A stretch of DNA of 46,667 bases, from IMG/VR virus record IMGVR_UViG_3300032893_000002, positions 1-46,667 of that record; one strand, 5' to 3'. Of the stretch, positions 1-8,341 are shown piece after piece. Position 1 is the first letter of the stretch. The number at the start of each line of letters is the position of its first letter. Below the pieces are notes generated by a model that was not told where the DNA came from, did no database searches, and saw only the letters and a list, made by a program, of their open reading frames with translations. The DNA comes from a virus. The translations under genes were made by a program, and so were the position numbers.

Positions 1-34
1 ATTTCGACTTCTATTGTAAGCTTCATCTGTCCTC

Positions 35-277
35 CTAGTTGAGTGGATGCACTTCCTGATCGAGCTCCACTGTAAATTCGTGCTTCTCGAGATCGGGGTG
101 AGCTTCAATGTAAGCATCGATCTGTTCGTCTGTCAGTCCATTTTGCGTCACTTTCTCTTCGTTGAGAATAGGGACGCAGACAGTTAATGTATCGCCTTTC
201 TTTTTGCCTGCAAGCGATGTGATAACTGTCACTTGCCCTGTTTTTGGATTGAGTAAAGCGTAGTCGTGTTTTCTCAT
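35..277 (-). CDS. hypothetical protein (80 aa)
   Basis: Intact ATG ORF in the six-frame track; same strand and compact spacing as neighbouring minus-strand genes; no recognisable motif. Confidence 0.45.
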   Translation of the reverse strand: MRKHDYALLNPKTGQVTVITSLAGKKKGDTLTVCVPILNEEKVTQNGLTDEQIDAYIEAHPDLEKHEFTVELDQEVHPLN

Positions 278-350
278 GCTACGCGTCTCCTTTGTAGAGA
301 TTAGGAAACTTGTTGTGCAGCAGATCGAAGATCATTCTATTGTCCTTTCG

Positions 351-391
351 AAATGGTAAAAAGGGGAGCACTCAGGAAAGGTGCTCCCCTA
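351..391 (-). terminator. rho-independent terminator (minus-strand transcript)
   Basis: Perfect 10-bp GC-rich stem AGGGGAGCAC(362-371)/GTGCTCCCCT(381-390) with 9-nt loop; on the minus strand it is followed by TTTTTACCATTT; lies 20 nt downstream of the stop of the 412..924 gene. Confidence 0.65.
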
Positions 392-411
392 TCTTCTGCC
401 GCGTTGTTGGA

Positions 412-924
412 TTAAGCAGCGCTCGTCTCAGCCTCTTCGGCTTCCTCTTCGCTGCCCGTTTCGAACACTTCCTCGACCGTGCCCACTTCGTTCGCAGCAA
501 CCGTCTGCGTCTCTCCCGCAGGAGCCGCTGCCTTCTTCGCTGCCTCTTGCGCCTTCTTCACCGCACGGCCGTTCTGCGCGGCCAAGCGCGTGTCGCCTTC
601 GATTGCGGCGTCATAAGCAGTGCGCACGCCGTCTTCCGGGTAAGAACGCAGATCGTCGATCACGATTCCAGCTTTCTTGCCAATCGAGATCTGCGGCCAG
701 GGCAGAGCGTTCGGGTCCGGCTTGCCGTCGGCGCCCAGAGTCTGTCCGTGCATGATCAACTTGCTCGTCGCCATGTCGTAAGTAAGCTTGAAGTCGACGT
801 TCGTCGGCCCCTGCTTGCGGTTCGCAACGCCTTCCATAATCCGCGTCGCCTGCGCTTCCTGCTCCTTCGTCGGCCCCTTCTTCACTTCCGGTTTTACTTC
901 CGGTGTCACTGCTGCTGTCGTCAT
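412..924 (-). CDS. hypothetical protein, paralog of 5731..6228 product
   Basis: Track ORF 412..1020 trimmed to internal ATG (MTTAAVTPEV...) preceded by AACGGAGAACGAAG SD; shares motif PWPQISIGKKAGIVIDDLRSY with EWPEIAVGKQGGIVIWVRTY of the other paralog; acidic and Lys/Ala-rich tails. Confidence 0.55.
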   Translation of the reverse strand: MTTAAVTPEVKPEVKKGPTKEQEAQATRIMEGVANRKQGPTNVDFKLTYDMATSKLIMHGQTLGADGKPDPNALPWPQISIGKKAGIVIDDLRSYPEDGVRTAYDAAIEGDTRLAAQNGRAVKKAQEAAKKAAAPAGETQTVAANEVGTVEEVFETGSEEEAEEAETSAA

Positions 925-1401
925 CTTCGTTCTCCGTTTCTGGCGTTTTTCCGGTCCGCCTTGACCCTTTGATTTATTATACAAGCTATTATATATGATT
1001 TTTAAGTAAAGGTCAAGCATTTACGGGCTTAAATTAAAGAATTCTGTGGAAATCTCTAGAAAACATTGGTTGATTCTAGGCGTAATCCTCGCAGTCTTAC
1101 TTTAAGTATAGTTAATTATATGGCAGCAGTAGACTTCATACTATTCTTTTGCGTCGCGAGTCTCTTCTTATTTAAAAATCTTCTGCTTACTCCCGGAGCG
1201 CAGATAAAAAATACAGTATTTCCCCTCCTCGTTGGTTTGGCGCGTAAGCGCGCGACAGCAAGCGCGCAGCGCCAGGACGATACACCAAGGGATTCGCCCC
1301 AATTACATCGAATTGTATTTAGTCATTCAGTAAGACCACCACCTTACTGTAAGCAGAGTAGCTTACATCTATCCCCCACTGTCACTGAGGGATAGTCTAA
1401 G

Positions 1402-1617
1402 CTACGGATGCTTCATTGCTTCAGTCGCCCAGTCTTGCGCATCGTTCCAGGCACACATGAGTAAGAGATAAACTATCTCACTCCATTCTGGAGGCGTGAC
1501 TTTATCTACTGCGTCGCGAATTGTCTTGTCGTATTCGTGTCCATTCCAAGATGCTTCACGAATTTGAACTGCGCGTTGAATGTAGCCAGCGAATTGCTTG
1601 ATGTCGGTTCTAATCAT
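1402..1617 (-). CDS. hypothetical protein (71 aa)
   Basis: ATG ORF, 15-nt spacing to next minus-strand gene. Confidence 0.45.
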   Translation of the reverse strand: MIRTDIKQFAGYIQRAVQIREASWNGHEYDKTIRDAVDKVTPPEWSEIVYLLLMCAWNDAQDWATEAMKHP

Positions 1618-1632
1618 TGTTTTTCTCCTTTG

Positions 1633-1905
1633 TTAGTCGGTGAAGTCTGAATTTCCGTTTGCGTACCAGCGTTCGATCTGTTCAATCGTTGGACAGTCTT
1701 CCTCTTCGTGAAAGAGCATGTCGCCTGATTCTTCCATTTCAGCGCAAGCGTCATGCGTCCATGATTCGTTCTGCTGATCGAACGTTCCATCTTCTTGTTT
1801 CCATGCTCCTGTTATTCCGGCAATTTTACCGGATTCAACAAAGCGATGGATAGTTAACAACACCTTGTCATCATCAACATACTTCCGTTCAGCTGATTTG
1901 ATCAC
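1633..1905 (-). CDS. hypothetical protein (90 aa)
   Basis: ATG ORF, GGAG-type SD region upstream, tight packing. Confidence 0.45.
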   Translation of the reverse strand: MIKSAERKYVDDDKVLLTIHRFVESGKIAGITGAWKQEDGTFDQQNESWTHDACAEMEESGDMLFHEEEDCPTIEQIERWYANGNSDFTD

Positions 1906-1920
1906 TGTTGTTCTCCTTTG

Positions 1921-2541
1921 TTAGACATACAGCAGGGAATAGCCATTTCCGTCGAAATAGATATGAGCAGCTTCTTCCCAATAGTGATTACCCGGTCGAG
2001 GTGATCCTTTGTCAAATCCTTTCATCGCTTCCTCCAGTGTTAAGTAGTAATCGTAAACTCCATAACCAAGGGACAGAAGCTTTTCTGGCACGCTTGAATC
2101 ATCTTCAAGTTCTTGAACCACCGGTACGTATTCTTTTGTTCCTGTGTAGATATGCGCTTCGACTTCTCCAAAGATTGGATGTTCCCAGCGCTTTCCTTCG
2201 TATGTAGCTTCAAACTTAGTACGAAGGAAAAAGTCTACTGCAGTATTCGGTTTTGTTTTCATTGTTTTTTCGATTAGCGTTGTTTCTTTTGGAAATGAAA
2301 TGATTCTGAATGGTCCTCTGGGTGGAGCATAATCATCCATCATTTCGAATTCAAGTCCTGGATGAATCTTCTCCAACGCTTCGAGCGCAGGCCGTAGATC
2401 ATCTGTGCATCCGGAATTGCCGTCGTGAAAGTTTACCCATCCGTTTGCGTCCAATGATTCGGACATTTTATCTGGCCAGTCATCCGAATCGATGTCTAAG
2501 CCATGAGCCTTTGACCATTCTACAGCTGTTGTATATTTCAT
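1921..2541 (-). CDS. hypothetical protein (about 206 aa)
   Basis: Track ORF 1921..2619 trimmed to MKYTTAVEW... start at 2541 with GGAGAGTAATA SD; stop of the upstream gene abuts it. Confidence 0.5.
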   Translation of the reverse strand: MKYTTAVEWSKAHGLDIDSDDWPDKMSESLDANGWVNFHDGNSGCTDDLRPALEALEKIHPGLEFEMMDDYAPPRGPFRIISFPKETTLIEKTMKTKPNTAVDFFLRTKFEATYEGKRWEHPIFGEVEAHIYTGTKEYVPVVQELEDDSSVPEKLLSLGYGVYDYYLTLEEAMKGFDKGSPRPGNHYWEEAAHIYFDGNGYSLLYV

Positions 2542-2543
2542 TA

Positions 2544-2942
2544 TTACTCTCCATTCTCCACAATGCTGATTGCATCGTTGTATGCAACTGCCGCAGCACG
2601 GTGCTGATCGACAGTCCATCCAGGATGCAGTTGGTTTGAGCTTGAGCCATTCGCATATGCCTCAGCAATATCCTTCAGCTTATGCAATTGCTCCAAGACT
2701 ATGTTCTTGATAAACTCGGCAACTCCAATCTTGTAGACGATCTTGCCTGGATATTTGTCTCGAAGCTGTTCCATTTGCAAGTCGACTACGCCGTACGCCC
2801 AGTCGTTGCTGATAAACAATCCGACGTCTTCCACAAAGATGATAGCGCGGAATGGATCCCGCGCGTTAGAAAGACGTCCGCGATCCTGCGCTAGCAGGTT
2901 CTGAGTGTCTGAAAGAGCTTGCATTAGTTGATCTTTAGTCAT
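2544..2942 (-). CDS. hypothetical protein (132 aa)
   Basis: Track ORF 2544..3083 trimmed to MTKDQLMQAL... start at 2942 with GGAGAGGATAAC SD; avoids overlap with 2944..3177. Confidence 0.5.
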   Translation of the reverse strand: MTKDQLMQALSDTQNLLAQDRGRLSNARDPFRAIIFVEDVGLFISNDWAYGVVDLQMEQLRDKYPGKIVYKIGVAEFIKNIVLEQLHKLKDIAEAYANGSSSNQLHPGWTVDQHRAAAVAYNDAISIVENGE

Positions 2943-2943
2943 G

Positions 2944-3177
2944 TTATCCTCTCCTTGATACATAGGTTGAAAGTAGGTATTGGCACCGATTGATAGCCTT
3001 AACTCGTTCATCGAGTTTCGGGTTGATTGGAGGCGAATGCTTAATCGCTTTCCTCCAATAGTGCAATTCGTCTTCTGCATCACAAAGGTTGTCCCAAATC
3101 AAAGCTAGTGACAATCCAAGCTCATTAGCTTCGTTTTGGAGCTGCTCGAACTCCTTGTCAGTTACCTTTTGCATCAT
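2944..3177 (-). CDS. hypothetical protein (77 aa)
   Basis: ATG ORF, stop/start junction with downstream gene. Confidence 0.45.
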   Translation of the reverse strand: MMQKVTDKEFEQLQNEANELGLSLALIWDNLCDAEDELHYWRKAIKHSPPINPKLDERVKAINRCQYLLSTYVSRRG

Positions 3178-3240
3178 TGTTATTCTCCTTAAAGAAAGTT
3201 AAGGGAGGATGCTTTCCTGTTACATCCTCCCGATTGGTTG

Positions 3241-3528
3241 TTAGATGATCGGATCATCACAAATCATCGATCCATATCGTCCGCGAAGTTCTCTTCCAAG
3301 ACGGTGTTCAATATCTTCTAGAGATTTTCCTTCAACAATTTCATGCTCATTCACATGTTCTTGGAATTCTTCTTTGACGAATCCCTCTGTGATAAGCAGT
3401 TGAAGTTCTTCATACGTTACATTGACGTGCAGCATTGTTGTTGTTTTCACTTTCTTCGGTCCAAACTCCGCAGGGTAGATGTCGTAATATACTCTGTATT
3501 GTTCAGGCATTGTTGTTCTCCTTTGCAT
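3241..3528 (-). CDS. hypothetical protein (95 aa)
   Basis: ATG ORF with GGAGAACAACA SD-like sequence. Confidence 0.45.
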   Translation of the reverse strand: MQRRTTMPEQYRVYYDIYPAEFGPKKVKTTTMLHVNVTYEELQLLITEGFVKEEFQEHVNEHEIVEGKSLEDIEHRLGRELRGRYGSMICDDPII

Positions 3529-3688
3529 CCATGATGTTGAGTGTAAATACTTTCATCCAAGTTAATCCATCTTTGTGATACTGCTTTACTTCCGCCTGCG
3601 CATTTGCATACTCAAGGTATGCACAGTTGGAAGACATTGGCTCAGGACCATGCGTTCCTTGCATGGCTACGATGAAGATCTCTTTCAT
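3503..3688 (-). CDS. hypothetical protein (61 aa)
   Basis: ATG ORF overlapping neighbours by a few nt (operon-style coupling). Confidence 0.35.
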   Translation of the reverse strand: MKEIFIVAMQGTHGPEPMSSNCAYLEYANAQAEVKQYHKDGLTWMKVFTLNIMDAKENNNA

Positions 3689-4122
3689 TGTTGTTCTCCT
3701 TTTAGCGTATTCGGAGTTACACGCTTAGTTTCTGTGCATGGTTTCGCATAGCGTGGACGCCTCTTCTGTGGATTGGAATAGTCCCGCTTTCTGGTTCCAT
3801 CTAGATTCTCCCAATACAGAGGATACAATCCGAGATGTTGTCCAAATCTTCCAACAGGAATATGTCCTCCGCAGTGATTGCAGATTGCATATGTTCTGTG
3901 GAAGCGTCCAGTCGATTTTGCTTCTTCTCTGCTGATGACATAGACCCAAGTATCGCCCAGTAGCTTCTTAGGAACAGCAGTTACTGGAAGCTTCTTGGGT
4001 AAGCCCATTGCTTGTTTGATGTGATGTTCTTGAGCAATGCCGCGATGCCGATTGTCTTGATCGCCTTCGAAGCATAGCCGCAGGTCTTTTCCGATTGTGT
4101 ACTTATCCCAATTGATTGACAT
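3685..4122 (-). CDS. putative HNH-like / zinc-binding nuclease (145 aa)
   Basis: His/Asn-rich segment DNRHRGIAQEHHIK plus CNHCGGH cysteine/histidine cluster; weak resemblance to HNH motif only. Confidence 0.3.
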   Translation of the reverse strand: MSINWDKYTIGKDLRLCFEGDQDNRHRGIAQEHHIKQAMGLPKKLPVTAVPKKLLGDTWVYVISREEAKSTGRFHRTYAICNHCGGHIPVGRFGQHLGLYPLYWENLDGTRKRDYSNPQKRRPRYAKPCTETKRVTPNTLKGEQQ

Positions 4123-4133
4123 TGTTATCTCCT

Positions 4134-4565
4134 TTAGATTGTGAACTCGTCGTTCGGAAACTGATTCAGTTCTTGTTGAACTTCGTGAAGATGCAGTTGA
4201 CGTTCTTCTCCTACTTCATTCAATATATCTAGAATGAATTGAACGTTTCCTGCTTTTGTTTGAATGGTACGGAGACGAACGTTCGTAAACCATTGCTCCG
4301 TTCCGCGAGGTATCTTGCTCGCATCTCCTTGTAGATCATTATCTCTGATGTGAATTCTGAATCCTCCATCTGCTTCTTCTACTCTGTATCCATCTGTTTG
4401 TCCATGCTTCATGAACAAGACATGTGGATTACCTTCATACTTCCACGGTGAATGAGCGTTAGGCTTTGGTATCTTCATCTGGAGTGCTCCATCCTTTCCT
4501 TTGATATTCGTTTTCGAGAAGAATTTGATCTCTGATAGCATCCCAGTCTTTTGGATTCTTCTCAA
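4134..4565 (-). CDS. hypothetical protein (start uncertain, up to 143 aa)
   Basis: ATG ORF; internal start MKIPKP... at 4478 has AAAGGATGGAG SD and may be the true start. Confidence 0.45.
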   Translation of the reverse strand: MRRIQKTGMLSEIKFFSKTNIKGKDGALQMKIPKPNAHSPWKYEGNPHVLFMKHGQTDGYRVEEADGGFRIHIRDNDLQGDASKIPRGTEQWFTNVRLRTIQTKAGNVQFILDILNEVGEERQLHLHEVQQELNQFPNDEFTI

Positions 4566-4625
4566 GTTGTTGTTTTGTTTCTGCCCACCAGCGGTCGAGA
4601 GTTTCTTTGGGTATTTCGTGATAAG

Positions 4626-4838
4626 TCATATTTCTTCTCTCTTTGTTTCTGCCAGTGACATCATTCTGGCTGGTAGCTGTTCTGCTGTACAGATATTGCC
4701 TTTGGAGTCTACTATGAAAGAGACTCCTCCGACAGAATCTGGACTGAATTGGACAAGGATTAATTCACATACCCTGTCCGCTTTCGTTCCATACATCTTC
4801 TCGAGTTTGAGCAAACGTGCTTTCTGTGCAAGTGTCAC
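4626..4838 (-). CDS. hypothetical protein (70 aa)
   Basis: ATG ORF; its ATG overlaps the stop of the 4838..5017 mini-gene. Confidence 0.45.
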   Translation of the reverse strand: MTLAQKARLLKLEKMYGTKADRVCELILVQFSPDSVGGVSFIVDSKGNICTAEQLPARMMSLAETKREEI

Positions 4839-5017
4839 TATTCAACCTCCCAAGGTTCGAACACACGTGGTTCATCTGGAATTGGTACGCTTGTGCCTCC
4901 TACAACATCGAAGGGCTTTCCGCATGCGTTACACTTCCAGCTCTGTCCATATCCAGGAGCTCCGTACTCTCCTTGATACTCAGTATTGGTGCTTTTGCAG
5001 TATGCGCATTCTTTCAT
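4838..5017 (-). CDS. small zinc-ribbon-like protein (59 aa, below 60-aa track cutoff)
   Basis: Hand translation MKECAYCKSTNTEYQGEYGAPGYGQSWKCNACGKPF...; CxxC..CxxC; GGAGGACTAACA SD; fills an otherwise unexplained gap. Confidence 0.4.
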   Translation of the reverse strand: MKECAYCKSTNTEYQGEYGAPGYGQSWKCNACGKPFDVVGGTSVPIPDEPRVFEPWEVE

Positions 5018-5019
5018 TG

Positions 5020-5187
5020 TTAGTCCTCCTTCCGTCTCTCGACGATTTGTTGTGATGGTTTCAGTCTAATTACTTTCCGATGACTGTAGCCGCTCTTCCT
5101 GTTACGGGAGCTGAAACGAATTCCAGTTCCTTTACATTCGCCGCAGCCTCGTCCCATACCAAAACACTTACCACACTGTCGTTTCAT
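5020..5187 (-). CDS. small Cys-rich protein (55 aa, below track cutoff)
   Basis: Hand translation MKRQCGKCFGMGRGCGECKGTGIRF...; TAAAGGAGGTCCT SD; stop overlaps SD of the next mini-gene. Confidence 0.35.
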   Translation of the reverse strand: MKRQCGKCFGMGRGCGECKGTGIRFSSRNRKSGYSHRKVIRLKPSQQIVERRKED

Positions 5188-5197
5188 AGGACCTCCT

Positions 5198-5530
5198 TTA
5201 CTTTCCGATTTGCGCCCAGGCGTCGGATGTGTAATGTTCGTTGAGATAGTCTACGATCTCGATCAGCCGTTCGTAGTAAGCTTTGTAGTTCGGAGAGTGT
5301 TTGTCTTCAGGTTCTTGTGTGTACTCGACAAATTGAGCTCTGGTCTGCTCCATTGTCTTTCCAATTGCCAAACGGAAGCCGATTGACTCGTACCACTCGT
5401 AATAATATCTTCCGCCAAGTGGCTCCGGTTCGACTCCAAAGTGTTTGCAGATCTCTTCGTCAATTTCTACGAAGCTGACTGGACCAGCTTTAAGATTGGA
5501 CTTCCGGGTAAGCTGAAAGTAATTGGGCAT
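5198..5530 (-). CDS. hypothetical protein (110 aa)
   Basis: Track ORF 5198..5578 trimmed to MPNYFQL... with AAAAGGAGAATAAGCAA SD. Confidence 0.5.
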   Translation of the reverse strand: MPNYFQLTRKSNLKAGPVSFVEIDEEICKHFGVEPEPLGGRYYYEWYESIGFRLAIGKTMEQTRAQFVEYTQEPEDKHSPNYKAYYERLIEIVDYLNEHYTSDAWAQIGK

Positions 5531-5730
5531 TTGCTTATTCTCCTTTTGGATGATACTATGGTATAGCCCCGCGCCCAACTATGCGTTAGACGCGGGACTA
5601 TTAAGGTTTAACTAGCAGGTAATTAGCTTTGGACGATCCCGGATCGTTCTGCGTTTGAGATGTCATCGACAATCATTGTGTACTTGTCCCAACGAATGTT
5701 ATCGATCTTAACTCCTCCCTGATTGATTAA

Positions 5731-6228
5731 CTACTGTTGCTGTTGCATCTTCGGTTGCGTCTCGTCGATTGCCTTTTGGAGCATATCAGCAAGACTTCCT
5801 TGTTCCTTTGCTTTCTGTTCTTTCTCTTTCATTTCGTCTTTCGTTGAACGAACCCGTTCCTTCTTGGGTGGAGCAGGAGGGACGTTCTTCTCGACGACGA
5901 CTTCTTCCTTTCCGACGCCAGCTTTCTTTGCGTCTCGACCGACTTGCTTTGCCAAGAGCTGATCTGCTTCCAAGGCCCATTCGAAAGCAGACTTCTTCGA
6001 TTCATCGTAGGTGCGAACCCAGATGACGATTCCGCCTTGCTTTCCAACAGCAATCTCGGGCCACTCCAGCGGTCCATGTCCTTGAAGAATCACCTTGCCG
6101 TCCCGTTCGCTCTGATCGAACGTCACATCCGGACGCAGTTCTTGCATCTTAGCCAGGAACTTCGCGACCATCGTGGTCTGCTTGGTTGCGATCACAGCGA
6201 CTTGGGTAGCAGTTTGATTGTTCGTCAT
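5731..6228 (-). CDS. hypothetical protein, paralog of 412..924 product
   Basis: Track ORF 5731..6294 trimmed to MTNNQTATQ... with TAAGGAGGATAAT SD; shared G(K/Q)xGIVI motif; Lys/Glu-rich C-terminus. Confidence 0.55.
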   Translation of the reverse strand: MTNNQTATQVAVIATKQTTMVAKFLAKMQELRPDVTFDQSERDGKVILQGHGPLEWPEIAVGKQGGIVIWVRTYDESKKSAFEWALEADQLLAKQVGRDAKKAGVGKEEVVVEKNVPPAPPKKERVRSTKDEMKEKEQKAKEQGSLADMLQKAIDETQPKMQQQQ

Positions 6229-6294
6229 ATTATCCTCCTTAAGGATAAAGGTTAGAGTTGCGTTGATGGTTGGGTTGCGAGAAACTTTTTGCAA

Positions 6295-6537
6295 TCAGAG
6301 AAGCAAGATTGGATGGCCGAGAATTTCTTCAGCCTGCGCAATCCTATCCTCTAGATCCTTCGCTCCGAAGACCCAGTCAAGAAGTTTTGCACTTGTCTCT
6401 GTTCTTTCGGTTACTGATGCTGTGAACAGATGTCGCTCAGTCTGTTTACGAAAGCTGTCCACGACAGAAGAAAAAGCAGCTTTTGCTTTTTCTTCAGTTT
6501 CAGCATCAAACTGGCATTCAATTACGAAGTGTTTCAT
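6295..6537 (-). CDS. hypothetical protein (80 aa)
   Basis: Trimmed to MKHFVIECQ... with AAAAGGAGAATCAAT SD. Confidence 0.45.
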   Translation of the reverse strand: MKHFVIECQFDAETEEKAKAAFSSVVDSFRKQTERHLFTASVTERTETSAKLLDWVFGAKDLEDRIAQAEEILGHPILLL

Positions 6538-6680
6538 ATTGATTCTCCTTTTTCTGGTTAGAGTTGCGTTGATGTTAGGTATTGGGTCGCTCGCCCTTTC
6601 GGGATTCACTCTTATACCTTTAGAAGCCGAGTTCTTTCAGCTTCTCGACAGCTACGGAACAGATAGCTGCGTTCAGCATG

Positions 6681-6833
6681 TTAGTCTCCTTGCTTAGTGA
6701 GTTGTTCGTACTGCTGTTCTAGTTGAGCAAACTTGGTTTCTAGCATGCGCTTCAAATACTTGTCCTTACAGCGTTTGATTTGTATTTGAAGTACTTCTGC
6801 ATGCGTGAGCATATCTTCGCGTGCTTTATCCAT
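6681..6833 (-). CDS. hypothetical protein (50 aa)
   Basis: Trimmed to MDKAREDML... with AGAAAGGAGCTGT SD; coiled-coil-like. Confidence 0.35.
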   Translation of the reverse strand: MDKAREDMLTHAEVLQIQIKRCKDKYLKRMLETKFAQLEQQYEQLTKQGD

Positions 6834-6879
6834 ACAGCTCCTTTCTCTGCGTGGTAAGTATGCGCAGCCCGCTGTTTTG

Positions 6880-7086
6880 TTAGAACCGCCAGACTGCTTT
6901 GACGTTATCCGGCAATGGTTCCGTCTTCCTGACACGGACCGATGCCGGCAAGTCACTTGTCATTCCTGCCAAAGGTTTGACATTTGTTACGCGTGACTGG
7001 CAAGTTACGATTGGTTTGTGTGTTGACTTTTTCAAGCTTGCAACTGAGCGAGCAAGCTCTCGGTAGATTTCCTCTTGTTTGAACAT
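6880..7086 (-). CDS. hypothetical protein (68 aa)
   Basis: ATG ORF, AAGGGACAATCTGT SD-like. Confidence 0.3.
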   Translation of the reverse strand: MFKQEEIYRELARSVASLKKSTHKPIVTCQSRVTNVKPLAGMTSDLPASVRVRKTEPLPDNVKAVWRF

Positions 7087-7199
7087 ACAGATTGTCCCTT
7101 CAGGTTGGTTAAGTTAGAGGAGATGTAGGTGGAGGACTAGCCACACCATAACTCTGACAATGGCTAATCCTAAGCAGAACAGTACGTATCTGATTGGTG

Positions 7200-7430
7200 T
7201 CATCTCACATCCATGATCAGCATTGCGCCGTCTCGGGTGTAAGCAGCCATCCACATCAGAGTGCCAATGTATCCAAGCCTGTGTCGTACAAGCCTGAATA
7301 TTTGGTACAGTACGTACCACTGTTCACGTGTGAACTGCGCGTGATTCATTTGTCTTTGTCCTTTCTTTTGTAACGTTGAAGTAAGGCCATGATGCCGCAG
7401 AATATCATCATGGCCATTGATACGTAGCAT
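7200..7430 (-). CDS. hypothetical protein (start ambiguous)
   Basis: Track ORF 7200..7544 overlaps 7451..7753 by about 90 nt, so an internal start (MLRING at 7430 or MNHAQ at 7349) is more likely; weak SD. Confidence 0.25.
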   Translation of the reverse strand: MLRINGHDDILRHHGLTSTLQKKGQRQMNHAQFTREQWYVLYQIFRLVRHRLGYIGTLMWMAAYTRDGAMLIMDVR

Positions 7431-7450
7431 CCGAACAGCATGGTTCTCAA

Positions 7451-7753
7451 CTACTTCTTCCCACGCAAGACCAGTTGCGCCGGAGCGTACTTGTTCATGT
7501 TCAAGATCTGTTGAGATCCGGGAAGGTAGTGATACATTGCACATCGAAGAGCCTTGTTATATGGTTCTCCATTCGTTACCTGATCCACAACGTTCTCTTC
7601 GAACTTCCGGATGCGTTCCAGAGCCTTCTCTTTGAACTCCACAGCGAGCATTCGGCATACTAGCCCGTAGGCTTTGTCTGCCGCCTCGATGGAAGACATG
7701 TTGGTGAGAAACTCCTTGTTCATGCGAAGGAGCACTTGTGTTGTTGCGTTCAT
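7451..7753 (-). CDS. hypothetical protein (100 aa)
   Basis: ATG ORF with AGAAGAGGATAATAACA SD. Confidence 0.5.
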   Translation of the reverse strand: MNATTQVLLRMNKEFLTNMSSIEAADKAYGLVCRMLAVEFKEKALERIRKFEENVVDQVTNGEPYNKALRCAMYHYLPGSQQILNMNKYAPAQLVLRGKK

Positions 7754-7977
7754 TGTTATTATCCTCTTCTGAGTCGTTTCCTGAGCGACTCTGTTAGTTG
7801 TTATTGGAAGTCAACGTACATCTTGGCAATTTCCACGATCTCGTGTTTGCCAATACGTTTGTTGACAGTCTTCTCACGGAACGCATTTCTTTGTTCCGTA
7901 AGACCCTCACTCTGAAGACGATCCGAGATATGTCGGATGACCTCTTCTGCTTACAGGTTGACTAGCTACACTGCCAA

Positions 7978-8145
7978 TCAGATCTCGCAAGCTATCTTAC
8001 TCAGCAGCATGTGGTTATAGCACTTGCTCATCCACACAGGTACTTCGTGAATGAACGGATCAGCTGCATTACGTAACTCATGCAGCAGCTTTGGATCGTC
8101 TGTCTCGATCACCAGAACGTTCCCTTCATCAAATGCAATTACCAT
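7978..8145 (-). CDS. hypothetical protein (55 aa)
   Basis: Trimmed to MVIAFDEG... with GGAGGTAGT SD. Confidence 0.45.
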   Translation of the reverse strand: MVIAFDEGNVLVIETDDPKLLHELRNAADPFIHEVPVWMSKCYNHMLLSKIACEI

Positions 8146-8146
8146 A

Positions 8147-8341
8147 CTACCTCCTTCCATTCCACCGCTCAGCGGTATTGTTGATTGAATCGTTAAGGAT
8201 TACAGCCGGAACGACATGAGCATCGTTAGGCCGTATGTCTACTACCTTTACAGTCTCAGCACCATCCTCATTCCAGTCTATACACACTAGACGGTATGAG
8301 CCATCAGGCGAGACTAGCACTGATACGTGATCTGCCATCAT
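8147..8341 (-). CDS. hypothetical protein (64 aa)
   Basis: ATG ORF, AAAGGGGGGATGT SD, 1-nt spacing to neighbours. Confidence 0.45.
   Translation of the reverse strand: MMADHVSVLVSPDGSYRLVCIDWNEDGAETVKVVDIRPNDAHVVPAVILNDSINNTAERWNGRR

Noticed and set aside
310-972. Plus-strand track ORFs 310..972 and 381..755 (Arg/Leu/Ser/Pro-rich)
   Set aside because: Antisense to the well-supported minus-strand gene 412..924. Low-complexity R/L/P/S composition is typical of antisense reading frames in 50% GC DNA. No SD.
1066-1395. Plus-strand track ORF 1066..1395
   Set aside because: Lies in the palindrome-rich non-coding island. Opposite orientation to every neighbouring gene, no SD, and the sequence is dominated by the hairpin elements.
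3685-4122. Confident HNH endonuclease call
   Set aside because: The His/Asn pattern is suggestive but the canonical C-x-x-C...H-N...H spacing is not clearly satisfied. Retained only as low-confidence.
5633-5648. Perfect 16-bp palindrome ACGATCCCGGGATCGT and neighbouring CCCGCG...CGCGGG hairpin between minus-strand genes
   Set aside because: Could be a terminator or restriction-site-like palindrome, but there is no adjacent U-tract on either strand and no repetition elsewhere. Insufficient to call a feature.
6610-6680. 19-codon ORF (MLNAAICSVAVEKLKELGF) with GGAGACTAACATG on the minus strand
   Set aside because: Too short to support without expression or conservation data. Could equally be the SD/leader of an upstream transcript.
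7790-7935. Protein-like 46-codon stop-free frame on the minus strand in the 7754-7977 gap (translation ...VIRHISDRLQSEGLTEQRNAFREKTVNKRIGKHEIVEIAKMYVDFQ)
   Set aside because: No ATG/GTG/TTG start, no SD, and a 46-codon open frame in 50% GC DNA is not statistically unusual. More likely the gap is a 5' UTR/promoter region. The hairpin GAGTCG-N9-CGACTC at 7771-7791 lies here.
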